A DNA stretch of 64,000 nucleotides from Squalus acanthias (GCA_030390025.1 CM059432.1:1178001-1242000), one strand, 5' to 3'. Shown: positions 15,270 through 29,430, numbered from the stretch's first letter. A program made the numbers and translations. Notes: a model not told the origin generated them from the sequence alone.

Positions 15270-17645
15270 ACCCTGACCATTCCCCCTGATATGGCCCTCA
15301 TCTTCGCTCCCTTAAGTCCAAGGGATGCAGACTTGAACGGATATGGCGGACAACTGGTTTAGCCATTCACCGCCAGATCTGGCATTATCGGGTCCTGTGC
15401 TCGTTTGCCCAAATTGCTCACTATTCCAGAATCATTCTGGAATGCAAAGATAAACCCTGGTTCCTATTCTCTACTGCTAACCGTCTTCTTAAACCCCTCT
15501 CCCCTCACCTCCAACAACAAGTGTGAGGATCTCATGGACTTCTTTGTCTGTAAGATTGAGACCATCCGTTCAGCTGCCTCTGCCACTTCCCTTCCTTCCC
15601 TTAGCCCACCGGGCCAAACTTCCTCTAAGGTTCCCGCCTGCCCTAGCCCTGAACTCGCATCTTTCTCCAGTTTCTCTCCGATTTCCCCTCATGACCTCTC
15701 TGCGCTCATCTTGTCCATGAGAGCCACTTCCTGTTTCCTCAACCCTATTCCCACCAAACTGCTGACTGCCCAACTTCCTCTTCTGGCTCCCACGTTAGCT
15801 GACATTGTTAACAGTTCTCTTCCCTCAGGTACTGTCCCCCCTCTCCCTCAAATCTGCCGTCATCACCCCTCTCCTCAAAAACCAACCCTTGACCCCTCCG
15901 TCCTTGCAAACTACCGCCCCATCTCAGAATCACAGAATCCCCACAGTGCAGATAGAGCCCATTTCGGCCCATCGAGCCTGCACCGACACACATCCCACCC
16001 TATCCCCGTAACCCCACGTATTTAATCCCCCCTAACACTAAGGGTCAATTTATCATAGCCAAATCAACCTAACCCGCACATCTTTGGACTGTGGGAGGAA
16101 ACCGGAGCACCCGGAGGAAACCCACGCAGACACGGGGAGAATGTGCAAACTCCACACAGACAGTCACCCGAGGCCGGATTCGAACCCAGGTCCCTGGCGC
16201 TGTGAGGCAACAGTGCTAACCACTATGCCACCATGTTGCCCAACCTCCCTTTCTTCTCCGAAGTCCTTGAACGTGTTGTCACCTCCCAAATCCGTGCCTA
16301 TCTTTCTCGTAATTCCATGTTTGAATCCCTCCAATCAGGTTTCCGCCCTTGCCACAGTACCGAAATGGCCCTCATCAAAGTCACAAATGACATCCTTTGT
16401 GACTGTGACAAAGGTAAACTATTCCTCCTCGTCCTTCTTGACTTGTCTGCCGCCTTTGACATGGTTGACCACTCCATCCTTCTCCAATACCTCTCCACCG
16501 TTGTCCAGCTGGGAGGGACTGCACTCGCCTGGTTCAATTCTTATCTATCTATTCGTAGCCAGAGAATCACCTGCAATGGCTTCTCTTCCCGCTCCCGCAT
16601 CGTTACCTCTGGTGTCCCCCAAGGATCTATCCTTGGCCCCCTCGTATTTCTCATTTACATGTTGCCCCTTGGCGACATCATCGGAAAACACAGCGTCAGT
16701 TTCCACATGTACGTGGTCGGCACCCAGCTCTACCTCACTACCACTTCTCTCCACCCCTCCATGGTCTCTAAATTGTCAAACTGCTTGTCCGACATCCAGT
16801 TCTGGATGAGCAGAAATTTTCTCCAATTAGATATTGGGAAGACCGGAGCCATTGTTTTCGGTCCCCGCCACAAACTCCATTCCCTGGCCACTGACTCCAT
16901 CCCTCTCCCTAACATCTGTCTGAGGCTGAACTACACTGTTCGCAACCTTGGTGTCATATTTGACCCTGAAATGAGCTTCCGACCACATATCTGCAGCATA
17001 ATTAAGACCGCCTATTTCCATCTCCGTAACATCGCCCGTCTCCACCCTTGCCTCAGCTCATCCGCTGCTGAAACCCTCATTCATGCCTTTTTTACCTCTA
17101 GACTTGACTATTCCAACGCTCTCCTGGCCGGCTTCCCACATTCTACCCTACGTAAACTTGAGGTGATCTAAAACTCGACTGCCCGTGTCCTAACTCACAC
17201 CAAGTCCCGCTCACCCAGCACCCCTATGCTCGCTGACCTACATTGGCTCCCGTTTAAGCAACGCCTCGATTTCAAAATTCCCATCCTTGTTTTCAAATCC
17301 CTCGATGGCCTTGCCCCTCCCTATCTCTGTAATCTTCTTCAGCCCCACAAACCCTCCCCCCAACCCCCGAGATATCTGCGCTCCTCTAATTCTGCCCTCT
17401 TGAGCATCCCTAATTATAATCGCTCCACCATTGGTGGCTGTGCCTTCTGTTGCCTAGGCCCTAAGCTCTGGAATTCCCTGCCTAAATCTCTCCGCCTCGC
17501 TACCCCTCTTTCCTCCTTTAAGACGCTCCTTAAAACCTACCTCTGACCAAGCTTTTGGTCACCTGCCCTAATTTTTCCTTATGTGGCTCGGTGTCAAATT
17601 TTTTGTCTTTTAATACTCATGAGAAGCGCTTTGGGACGTTTTACG
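15270..17645 (+). mobile_element. L2 LINE, 2.4-kb 5'-truncated ORF2 (RT), interrupted by a SINE
   Basis: ANYRPIS/NLPF, QSGFRPCHSTEMAL, LLDLSAAFDMVDH, GVPQGSILGP, RNLGVIFD, LHWLP; active site mutated (YVVG), premature stop at 17171. Confidence 0.93.
15925..16240 (-). mobile_element. HE1-like V-SINE (tRNA head, V core, CR1-like tail), full length
   Basis: rc begins ggcaacatggtggcatagtgg (A box)...gggttcgaatcc (B box), V-domain tgtgtggagtttgcacattctccccgtgtctgcgtgggtttcctcc, tail attctgtgattctg; splits L2 NYRPIS|NLPF. Confidence 0.88.
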
Positions 17646-17659
17646 CCACCGCCTTCAAA

Positions 17660-20600
17660 CCACCAGAAATAATATATCATCTATTCCCCGAAAGGCATAT
17701 GGGGATGGATGGGAGTATGGAGTGTCATGTGTGATGGAAGAGTGGAAGTGTAGTGTGTGGAAGGTGCTTCTTAAACACAGACTCCGATCAAGGTAGGTAA
17801 TCTTCCTTCTACAGGGTGCATCTTCCATACACACACACACACACCGCTAAAGTCTAACAAAGTCGTGCAGGACTTGGAGATGGGGAAGTCTTTATGGGGA
17901 ACAGACACTCCAGCTATTAATAGACATGCCAAATTGGCATAGGCTAGGCAGTTTGCTTAACAGAGGTGGGCAGACTACTCCATGTTGCCACATGATAAAT
18001 GCCATGATGGATACTTGCTTCAGTGCTGCCCAAGAAGTAGCCATGGAGCGGAACTTCACCAATCCTGAAGGATTCCTGTTAGGAAGGTAATGAGTGATGC
18101 TGTCCACAAGCTACTAGGCAAGTCCCAAATTAATTAATCATTTAACCCACCCCCCAGGGTTCTGAGGCCATAAAGAGACAAAAATTTGATTCGAGCTGCA
18201 AGGACTTGGTGCAATCAGTGTAACAAGTCAAAGCTCATTGGGCGTTGATGCAATGAAAGTGGTGATCAGACTCCTATCAGAAGCCACTTTCGGCAGGCAC
18301 TTGGAGTTTTTAAGCAGTTCTGTGCAGATCTGCAGTCCCTGGATCGATCTCTCTTTTTGTGCTAAAACCAAGGCTGCAAGAGTTTATTTCCAGGTAAGAA
18401 GTTTCAGTTTGCACATTGCAATGGACTCAAGGTGGCATCCACCAATTTTTGTAAAACTAAATTCAAGTCTTGAAGGGACTGGAAGGGGAAATTTGGAGAT
18501 AATTGTTGAACTCTCACCCACACCTCCCCCATGCTGCATGAAACTAGAGAGAAACGGAAGAGAAATCAACTAAACCATAGTAGGACATGTTGTGAAAATT
18601 GGATGCAGCTGTGACATGAACTCAAATCAAAGTTGGTTTGAGATGAAGGTTGAAGGTATCCTAGAACTGATGTCAATCTTTCTTCTGTGAGGAAGTGTCA
18701 TTGGAATAACACCACTGTATGAATGTATCCTAGCTTGTATTGTAATTCCTGAAGGTTTTTAAGAAGTCAACTATTGAAGATAGTAAAGCTTAGTTTAAGA
18801 ATTGTTCTCTACAGCTACGTTTTCAGCAAAAGCATGTTGGGTCTGGGTGAACAATCTGGTATGATAGTTCAGAGAGACTACCTCTCCTGTGAGGGACACT
18901 GATCAACAATTGTATATCTCAACACCAAAGCTTCCGATGCCTCTGCTCTGCTTGGATTTTCTGTAATCTTGCGGATGAGGGGAAAGGATGCAAAAGCATA
19001 AAGAAATCTTTGCGCCCAAGAGGACAGGATGATCTGTCCCTTGTCCAAGAGCAAAACTGAGGGAACTGGCGATTGTCCGGCAGAGGAAAAAATTGATTTC
19101 CAGGTATCCTTATGTTCTTAAGATGACTTCACAGTGGCTCTTCCACTTGAGAGTGAACTTTTGTTTGACAGAACGTCAATAGTTGTGTCAGTATTTCCGA
19201 GATTGTCACCCAGTGGTTTAAAGCAGCAATGAACACGTAGTATTGTGTCTTGACAGGGCTACCCTACTGTTATAGATGCTATTTATATACCAGAAAACTG
19301 TTCTGTTGCTTGTCCAGAAGTGCAGTGATTTAACCTGCACCAGAGTCTCAATGTAGAAAGGTGAAATCTATTGCTTGGTTTTAATTATGCAATGTGGACC
19401 AGGTGGCATCCATTGGTCCCAGACTCCATCGTAAAAGGTTGGTGTCCAATGCAGACTGAGATACACCTGTCACTGAGAGTTGAAGAGAGGTTGGTGGGAG
19501 TAGAACACCTTGAAACGCATGTTCCTGAGCCCATGACCTCTGGTCTGAAACACGAGGCTCGACCTATTTGCATACGTTAAGACAAAAGTGACCTGTAAGA
19601 GTAACACTGCCGCAGCAGCTTGAACTGAAGTGATCTCAAATGGTCATCCATTTGGCACAGGAAAGATTGTTTGCTGGCGGCAACCAAGAACACAGAGATG
19701 TTGTTCTCCATTATCTTGGATCCTCCTTGGAAAGGAAACCCCTTCGCTTGAATTTATCTGTTGGGCAAGAAGGTTTAATCCAGAACAGTCCAGAAAAAGA
19801 GCCCCAAGAATCTCAGCTCCTGTGATAGCCCAGGTGAGACTTACAAGTGGTCAATGAAACCGAATTCCTTGAGGGAAACAAAAATGTACTGGACAAAAGA
19901 CTGTTTGGACAGAGCTCCCTATTGTCATTTAGCTATGGGTAGACTAGTAGACGTCTCATTTAGAATTGTACCGTGACCGTTGACCAGTATTTTTTAACTC
20001 TGTGGAGGCAGAATGGGGAGCATTTTATATTAAAATTAATAACCTGAAAATGATACCCTATATAACTTGGATGACTTGGGTGCAATGCAATGTGGAAAAA
20101 AAGCATCTTTTAGGTAAATAATGCCTGCCAGTTTCCTAAATAATTACAGGTAGTGTAATTATCTTGAACGTCTCCTGGTGAGGATACTTGTTTGTTTTTT
20201 TTATTCGTTCATGGGATGTAGGCGTCGCTGACCAGGCCAGCATTTATTGCCCACCCCTAATTGCCCTTGAGAAGATGGTGAGCCACCTTCTTGAACCGCT
20301 GCAGTCCGTGTGGTGAAGGTACTCCCACAGTGCTGTTGGGGAGTTCCAGGATTTTGACCCAGTGACGATGAAGGAACGACGATATATTTCCAGGTCAGGA
20401 TGGTGTGTGACTTGGAGGTGATGGTGTTCCCATGCGTCTGCTGCCCTTGTCCTTCTAGGTGGTAGAGATCGCAGGTTTGGGAGGTGCTGTGGAAGAAGCC
20501 TTGGCGAGTTGCTGCAGTGCATCTTGTAGATGGTACACACTGCAGCCACAGTGTGCCAGTGGTGGAGGGAGTGAATGTTTAAGGTGGTGGATGGGGTGCC

Positions 20601-23600
20601 AATCAAGCGGTCTGCTTTGTCCTGGATGGTGTTGAGCTTCTTGAGTGTTGTTGGAGCTGCATTTACCCAGGCAAGTGGAGAGTATTCCATCACACTCTTG
20701 TGCCTTGTAGATGGTGGAATGGTTTTGGGGAGTCAGGTGGTGAGACACTTGCCGCAGAATACCCAGCCTTTGACCTGCTCTTGTGGTTACAGTATTTATG
20801 TGGCCGTTCCAATTAAGTTTCTGGTCAATGGTGACCCCCAGGATGTTGATGGTGGGGGATTCGGCAATGGTAATGCCGTTGAATGTCAAGGGGTGGTGGT
20901 TAGACTCTCACTTGTTGGAGATGGTCATTGCCTGGCACTTGTGTTTAGAGCTATGGGATCTGAAATAGGGCAGAGCCCTCGTAGATTCCTTTTGAGGATC
21001 ATAAAATAGCGTTAGTAAAATGCATCTTTTTCTTGACTAGGGTGAACCTATTTGATTGTCAACAGAAGATCGCTTCTTCAACCAGTACCTCCTTTAATAA
21101 ACAGGTGCTCTCTGAGCAGACTTTACAATTCGTGAAAACATGGGTGATGGACTGACGATGGAGCGGATGACTTTGAAGGATCTCTTGGGACTTGTATATC
21201 TGATGTGATCCTTTCCCATTTTGTTACATAGTGTATCAAGTGACTTCTATTCCCATCGTCCCCGACCCCCTGCCTGGCAAGCTGGTGAGTCAGGAAAAGT
21301 GCCAGTTCTGGGTTTTTGTGGCAGGAGCTAGAGGTGTGGTGTGTCTACATTGCCCATTTGCAGAGGAGTGGAACTAATGGATAGCTCTTTCAAAGAGCCG
21401 GTACAGGCGCGATGGGCTGAATGGCCTCCTGTGCTGTATCATTCTATGATTTGCACGTTGGGAGCAGCTGGCCTGTTTCCTACACACATTGCTTGAATAA
21501 TCAGACTCCTTGCTGGTATTTCTAACTTTAAATTGGTTGGAAAGACACAATATTCTGCTGGTTATGGTCCTAATGCAGCCTATAGACAAAAGTCTGCCAT
21601 TACATAATTAAGCTGGAAGAGCTTGAAGCCGCTGTTAATGTTTGTGATACTTAGGCAGCCGTTGACATTCAAGGGCAAATTTAGCAACTGAAGCTATAAA
21701 TTATAAGTTGAACCAGCAAGTCACAACCAGGCTAAATGACCCAAGTAAAATTGAATGTTCCAGTGTGTCTAAGAAATCGATGGCAATCTATTTCTAAATT
21801 GAGGTAGTGTGCAAAATATCTACTATCGAGGAGAAAAATATAAATTTGCCAATCTAGTCAGAGGTTTTAATTAAAACTTAAAGCTGCTATGTCTTCTGAT
21901 GAAAGAAGCTACCTAGTGAATCTGTTGACATGATTTCCTATTGCACCATGTCCTGTGCAAAGATTCTATGTCCCCATGAATACAGACGCTTGGATTTATG
22001 AACGGGAGGCATGGGATCTAATTCCTGTATAGCTACCACAGAGAAATCCATAGCTGGAATGAGTAGAGTGCTTTAATAGTTGTGTGGTAAATGCAATCTA
22101 TTTTGGTTGTATCTGAGGGTCTACTTACAATGATCTCCCCCATAACCGCTATATGTAAATACAAAAGGAGAGCGGGGTGGAGGGGAAAGCATCCCCACAG
22201 AAGGCCTTTTGAGAAACCTGGAGCGACTGCTCAATTCCTGGCTGATGTCTATCCAAAAGCTATCACCTCCAAAAACCACCGTGGCATCAGACATCTTTGG
22301 CTTCTGATCCTGTGTTGGATCTGGAAGATGCAGTGTGACAATCTCCTCTTCCTTATCTTGTTCCAGCTTCAGATCTCAAATGTCCATTTGTGGGGAGCAG
22401 GAGTTGGTTGGAGAATTTTATAGGAGCCACTAACAAAGCAGCAATGAGAAGACCTTGTTTAATTATTGGGTTGGTTAGCTTGGCCACAACCAGATGGACT
22501 AGACGTGTGTATTTAATTTTCAACAATCCCGGCAGTTCCGAGGGGCTGCTTTTTCTTTCACCTAGGGATGGAAACTTGATGGAACTCGACATTGTCTACG
22601 AACTTAATTTGCTTCTAAGCCAGCTGAATTTTGAGAATTCATGTTTTTCTCTGGAAAAGGGTTTAATTTTGTGGCAGGATTGCCTTCTGGCGAAGGGGAG
22701 ACTACCGCACTACTCTTGCGACCAAAATCAGGTTTCTGATTGATACAAACTCCTCTAATTAACGTTGATATCAGTGGATGAAAACCCATGTTTGGATATC
22801 CTGGATGCAAGGTTGGGGGGGGGGTGGGGGTGGGGGGAGGGTGGATCCAAGACCAACCTGATTGGGGAGGAAAGATATGTTGGATGTCTTGGACTGTTTC
22901 ATTAGATAAAATCAAAAAACTTCTCCAGCTGAATGAGAGTTCTGAATGTGGATCCTGGTACCCTGGCTGTATGGGAACAGGGCAGTCATCAACTTTTGTT
23001 TCAGCTCAAGTACAAGTCCGCATGGAAGCTAGTCAGTCTTGCCTTAATTCTGGAAATTAATTTCTGTATGCATTTCGTCAGTTTCCCCTGATCTTAAGAA
23101 GATGCTGCAGAAAATCTGTAGAGGGCTTGAAGTAATTTGCATAACTACCTGTTTGCTTCAGAAACTGTTTCTTGGACATCCTGACATTGAGCAGTGCCTG
23201 CCTGATTCCACTACCCTCCAGGAGGCTTCTGATTGGTTGAATCCAGATCCAGATCCAGTAAGCTTCCGATTGACTGCCCAGCTGCCAAAAAAGGGATAGT
23301 TAGACCAAGGCCTACCTCTATCTGTAGTTGATAGTTTACTGGCTTAATGTAAGTCATCTAAACTGTACTTAACCGAACCAAGCAGAAGAAGTTGTTGTGC
23401 AAAGTCTTAGTCCTCTCTCCTGTGGTGTACCTTCCATCCTAGAATAGTTACATCATCTTTTCAACATGCAACTGAAATCCAGCTCTTTGCGTTTAATTTA
23501 CCCCAGTTGTGATCTTCCGTGAGTCCCCTGCATCGGGTTCATTAGGAGGGCACCATTTAGTACATTGCTTCATAAAGTTAAATCTTGACTAGCCACTTTT

Positions 23601-24310
23601 ACCTAGAATTATGTAGAAATTACAGCACAGAAACAGACCATTTGGTCCAACATATGAGCCTCCTCCAGCCTACCTCATCTCACACTAACAGCATGTCCTT
23701 TATCCCTCATGTACTTACCCTTAAATGCATCTATGCTATTCGCCTCAACCACTCCATGTGGTAGCGAGTTCCACATTCTAACCACTCTTTAATTCCAAAT
23801 TGGAATTTCCATGCGGTTGTACACAAATTGAAGCTTTCATGCCTCTTGTCATGTATGATCTTAAGCATCTGTCATTTAAAATGTCAGTCTTGGTGTCTCT
23901 GGTTTCAGCTCATCAGATTAATAAGTTCCAGGCACCAGTCGTCTCAGCTCTACTTAATCTGGCATTCTGGTTGCTTCTGAGGACGCATCCAAGTTTCCGC
24001 CCAAAGATTGCTTCCCATTTCCTTTGAGGCAAGAAATTGTCACCCCCCCCCCCTCCCCTCATTCTGTCCAACTCATAAATCTGAACTAAGATGCTTGTAG
24101 GGCCATAGTCATTTAATACTAATTGTACCAAGTCCTGCTACCAAACATTGTTTACATTTTGGCCCTAGATCCTAGAAAGACCAGTTTCTAAACACTTCCA
24201 AAATGGGCAGTGGAGTACGTTCTTCGCTGCAGTGACACCTCCAGAAGACCAAGTGGATCCATAGAGGTTGCTTTACCTGTTCCACAGCAGCTACTTGTGC
24301 ACTTATGACA
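17660..24310 (-). mobile_element. Decayed DIRS1-like tyrosine-recombinase retrotransposon, interrupted by later LINEs
   Basis: Minus-strand motifs in DIRS order: WERITSD (~21210), FY*RYFMILKRN..GLCPISD..LN (~20945-21020), LKDAFFHI (~20088-20115), VYP*LND (19924-19944), SQELRFLG (~19800-19825), TSNRTVFWYIN (19278-19316), WAQRFLYAFASFPLIRK (18965-19018), DLNLVLQKL..LKLLTWK (~18385-18470), LPKVAS (~18280), RSMATSWAA/ATWSS (~17970-18052). Boundary beyond ~21400 is uncertain. Confidence 0.85.
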
Positions 24311-24640
24311 TAGAATAGAATCATACAGCTCAGAAGGAGGCCATTCAGCCCATTGTGCCTGTGCCGGCGCTCTGAAAGAGCTACCAATTTGTTCCACTCC
24401 CCTGCCCTTTCCCCACAGCCCTATAAATTTTTCCTTTACGTATTTATCCAATTCCCCTTTTGAAAGTTACTATTGAATCTGCTTCCATCGCCCTTTCAGG
24501 CAGTGCATTCCAGATCATGACTCGCTGAGTAAACACAATTTTCCTCATCTTCACCCCATCCCTGGCTTTTTTGCCAATTACCTTAAATTTGTATCCTTTG
24601 CTTATCGACCCTCTTGCCAGTGGCAACGGTTTCTCCCAGA
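24310..24640 (-). mobile_element. CR1 LINE 3' fragment
   Basis: FTQRVMIWNALPERAMEADS and CR1 tail. Confidence 0.85.
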
Positions 24641-24847
24641 AACTATCAAAACATCTGCAAACCGGTTACATCGAGCAATCCAGATACCATTCCTGAGACC
24701 TTGTGGAGAGTTCATTTTAAAAAAATAATTCTTCTTTGAACCTTAGTGTTGGCCAACGCACATTGTCACCTCTATGCATAGGCCGGCTTTTATACTATGC
24801 AAAAGCCTGAATTGCACAAATCGCTGTCACCTGACATCAAAAACATT

Positions 24848-25392
24848 TTAGAATCATAGACGTTTATGGCACAGGTGGAGGCCATTCAGCCCATCGTGTC
24901 TGTCCCGGCCGCAAAGAGCTATCCAGCCTAATCCCACTTTCCAGCTCTTGGTCCGTAGCCTTGTAGAGGGTTTCTGCCTCTACCACCCTTTCAGGCAGTG
25001 AGTTCCAGACCCCACCACCCTCTGGGTGAAAACATTTCTCCTCAACTCCCCTCTAATCCTTCTACCAATTACTTTAAATCTCTGCCCCCTGGTTATTGAC
25101 CTCTCTGCTAAAGGAAATAGGTCCTTCCTAGCCAATCTATCTAAGCCCCTCATAATTTTATACACCTCAGTTAAGTCTCCCTTCAGCCTCCTCTGTTCCA
25201 AAGGGAACAACCCCAGCCTATCCAATCTTTCCTCGTAGCTAAAATTCTCCAGTCCTGGCGACATCCTCGTAAATCTCCTCTGTGCCCTCTCTAGTGCAAT
25301 CGATCTTTCCTGTACTGTGGTGACCAGAACTGCACGCAGTACTCTAGCTGTAGCCTAACTAGTGTTTTATACAGTTCAAGCATAACCTCCCT
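24848..25392 (-). mobile_element. CR1 LINE 3' fragment
   Basis: LENFSYEERLDRLGLFPLEQRRLKGDL; same subfamily as 40923-41340 and 49700-50455. Confidence 0.9.
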
Positions 25393-25753
25393 TTAAGGGA
25401 ATGTTTCTTTTTCCTGCACTTCCCCAACCCTCCCCCATCCCCCGCCTCACGGATTCCCAAGGATGTGATCCAAGCATCCTTCTTGGTGCCCTCTTTCTTC
25501 CCCCCCACCCCCACACAAAAGAAACCAGAGGTTATTTTCTTGTTTAACTAAAGACAACTAATTTAGAAGCTGTAGTCAGATACACTGATGAGCAGAAAAA
25601 GCAAGAGGAGGATGGAGACTTGCAGCACTGTCTATTTGTGAATAGAAGTTAGCAATTTATTAGTGTTTATTTGGTTGCCTCCCTGCCATACCTGAATAAC
25701 TTGTGGCAGCTATCCTTACTCTGATTATCCTTTACAGAGTTTAAAAACACAAA

Positions 25754-26467
25754 GGGCTAGAAATTGGGCTCCTTAGCTCCTCCAGTTATCGCCTCCGGGG
25801 GGCAATAACGATGTACTGCCCGGGCATGGCGAGATGAACGACTCCTGCTAACTTGGCCAGGAGGTTTGCGGCGGTGGTAACACTCTGCGCCACGATGTCC
25901 TGCGCTTGGAGATCGTGATGTCATTGCCGCGCGTAGCGCCCCAGACCCGAAATTCGGTTCTGCCCCCTGCAGCATCGTCTGGCGAAAACACCGACAGCTG
26001 CAGGAGGCGTTATTCGGGAGGCCGTGCACTTTGGGGGCGGAAGTTAAAGGGGAGGTTGCTGAGGTACATTGGGGGGAAAAAAATTCGGAAATTTTGCTAT
26101 TCTCCTGGGCCACAATCGATCAGCCCGGCACTCTGCTGGAGTGCATGGGGGTGGATCGAGGCTGCCGTCGGGGACCAGCTAACTGGTCCCAATGCAGAGC
26201 CTGCAGCGATGGCCCTTCCCTTTAAGGGAGGGAAGGAGCCTCTGATTGCGGCAGCGCAGCACGGGACATGGTGCAGCACTGCACCTCTGCCGCCCCGCCT
26301 GCGTCCTTTAACGCTCCAGGCAGGAAGTGGAGCACTTGACTTAGCGTTCCACATCCTTCCTGGAGCGCAAACACCAAATTTAGGAAAAATCATTAGCGTC
26401 TGGCACTAAGTTTCCCAGCTTTCAAAAGTTACCGCCCCCAAACGGGGCGAGACCGAATTTCTAGCGC
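25754..26467. mobile_element. Non-autonomous DNA transposon (PIF/Harbinger-like MITE), GC-rich
   Basis: TIRs gggctagaaatt / aatttctagcgc, both flanked by AAA (3-bp TSD). Confidence 0.75.
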
Positions 26468-26859
26468 AAAATTTCTTCAATTGGATTGTTTAATTAGGGG
26501 AGTTGATGTGTTGAATCTTTTAAAACTTGGGGAGATGAGACTTTCCGATCGGTAGTGCCCGGATTTGAACTCTGGAACCAGGGCAAAAGTGTGATATGCC
26601 ATCTGATTCAAAGTGTATCTTTTCAAATTAAAAACATTTCTAATAGAGTCCCGCCAATTGTGTCAGAGGATCCTGATACTGTATATCATTACTGAGTGAG
26701 ACACAGCATTAACATTTCCATAAACCTAATTTACTGTGCACTAAACATTAATCTAAGTTATTTAGGGTATGTTTTCATAACTTATGACTGCCTTTACACT
26801 TCTGTTTCAGTTTTGCTTTGTTTGCTGTACTGCTGTGTAATGAATTTTTGAGCTGATAA

Positions 26860-27060
<201 letters not shown>

Positions 27061-27784
27061 TAGAGATGAATAAACGTAAAATCTAAAGAGCAATTGGTAA
27101 TTTAAACTTCTGTAAAATACTCAAATGAAAATGTGAAATTAATATGCAATTTGTACAAGCGATACCACCTTGCAGCAACAACAACAACTTGCATTTATGC
27201 AGCACCTTTAACATAATAAAATGTCCCAAGGCTGGTTCACAGAAGTATTAACAAAACAAAAAAAAAAAATTTGACACCGAGCCATATAAGGAGATATTAG
27301 GGCAGATGACCAAAAGCTTGGTCAAAGAGGTAGGTTTTAAGGAGCGTCTTAATGTGGAAAGAAAAATGTAGAGGCGGAGTGATTTTATATTTTGAACACA
27401 TGGGCAGAAATTGCACAGACTCTGTTCCTGCATTTAAATTTTGATAAAAGGCAAGGGGGGAAAGAAAACAACAAAAAAATGCTTAAACAACTCCAGCCAA
27501 TCTTTTCTTAAAATAAGCCTCCAAAATCAATGAAAACTAATTCAAAATAGGGGAAAGAATTGAATAGTGCCATGCGATGTCTACTTTAATGTTTAATGTC
27601 TACTTCACGAGGCAGAATGGGGCCGAGGTTTAAGTCTCATCCAAAAGAAGGCACCTCTGAAAACGCAGTGCTTTCTGCATCCACCCTAAATAATACAAGT
27701 TCAAATCTGTCATTGGGGGCTTAAATTTACAACCTTCTGACTCAGCTGAGAATGCTACGAACTGAGCCATGAAAATGTGTTTTT

Positions 27785-28158
27785 TCAACTCCCTCCATGG
27801 CCTCGCCCCCCTCCCTATCTCTGTAACCTCCTCCAGCCCTACAAGCTTTTGAGATCTCTGCACTCCTCCAAGTCTGGCCTCTTGCGTGTCCTTGATTTTA
27901 ATCACTCCAGCATTGGTGGCCGTGCCTGCAGCTGCCTGGGCCCTAAGCTCTGCAATTCCCTCCCTAAACCTCTCTGCCTCTCTTTCTCTCCTCCTTTAAG
28001 ACACTCCTTAAAACCTACCTCTTTGACCAAGCTTTTGGTCACCTGTTCTGATATCCCTCTGTGGCTCGGTGTCAAAAATATTTTTATTGATATCACTCTC
28101 GTGAAGCGCCTGGGACGTTTTGCTACGTTAAATACGCTCTATAAATATAAGTTGGTGT
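27785..28158 (+). mobile_element. L2 LINE 3' fragment
   Basis: PPYLCNLLQPY...; L2 tail; an opposite-orientation L2 tail lies at 27175-27352. Confidence 0.85.
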
Positions 28159-28769
28159 TGAAAAGGGAATATTTGGAACTCACAAGCTGGTGAATTTGAT
28201 TTGGTAATAACAAGTTTGATTTCTGCTTTGAAATTCCAGTTGTAAAATTGAGATGCACGCATTTACTTTTAAATATTTCTAAATTATTTGCAATCATTAA
28301 ATTTCACACTTTAACTTTTGTGACTCATTTTCTTTAAAACTTTCCCCTTGTATGTACCGTTGAAGTAAAAGGATCTAACTGGGTCAATGTTGCAGCAAAA
28401 TTGTATTATAAACTGTTGTTAAAATTGTCCTGTAAATTATAATCTTGAAAAATAGATGCTTTTAATTCACAGCATCCCCTCCCATACTGCAGGAGTAACC
28501 TTGGACAATTGACACCTGCTGTGTATTGCTGACATTTTCATTCGGATTTTCACCATTTGTAGCTTTTTCATTACCTGAATTGTCAGAGATGGATTGTGTA
28601 TACATTTATTTACTTCATAGGCATTTAATAACTGCTGCATTAAACAGTAGACTGTCTCTTCCTTGAAATTTTTGTTGTTGTATCTACTGGTTCCAAGTTC
28701 ACTGTGGGCAGCAACATTTATGTGGTATTGCTGTCAACACAGTAATGAGCAGCCTGACCAGCTTCGAAC

Positions 28770-29430
28770 CAGACAGCACAGAAGCAGGCCGTTTGGCCCA
28801 TCGTGTCTGTGCCGACTCTTTGAAAGAGCTCTCCAATGAGTCCCACCCTCCCTGCTCTTTCCCCATAGCCCTGCAAATTTTTCCCCTTCAGGTATTAATG
28901 CAATTCCCTTTTGAAAGTTACTATTAAATCTGCTTCCACCACCCTTTCAGGCAGTGCATTCCAGATTATCATAACTCACTGTATAAAAAAAAAAATTCTC
29001 CTCATCTCTCCCTCTGGTTCTTTTGCCAATTATCACAGAATCCCCACAGTGCAGATAGAGGCCATTTTGGTCCATCGAGCCTGCACCGACACATATCCCA
29101 CCCTATCCCCGTAACCCCACGTATTTAATCCCCCCTAACACTAAGGGTCAATTTATCATAGCCAAATCAACCTAACCCGCACATCTTTGGACAGTGGGAG
29201 GAAACCGGAGCACCCGGAGGAAACCCACGCAGACACGGGGAGAATGTGCAAACTCCACACAGACAGTCACCCGAGGCCGGATTCGAACCCGGGTCCCTGG
29301 CGCTGTGAGGCAACAGTGCTAACCACTATGCCACCGTTAAATCTGTGTCCTCTGGTTACCGACCCTCCTGCCAGTGGAAACAGTTTCTCCTTATTTACCC
29401 TTATCAAAAACCCTTCATGATTTTGACCAC
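28770..29430 (-). mobile_element. CR1 3' fragment with nested HE1-like V-SINE (29032-29336)
   Basis: SINE nearly identical to 15925-16240; CR1 sequence ccaatta|ttaaatctgtgtcc resumes across it. Confidence 0.87.

Noticed and set aside
16165..16240. tRNA gene (A and B boxes on the minus strand; also near 29260-29336, 37211-37300, 42000-42058)
   Set aside because: These are tRNA-derived SINE heads joined to SINE bodies; no complete cloverleaf seen
16233..17171. 312-aa L2 RT ORF as a functional gene
   Set aside because: Catalytic YADD is replaced by YVVG, the start lies in an inserted SINE, and there is a premature stop
25754..26467. Intronic CpG island or alternative promoter with overlapping ORFs
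   Set aside because: Bounded by TIRs and a TSD, so explained as a GC-rich MITE
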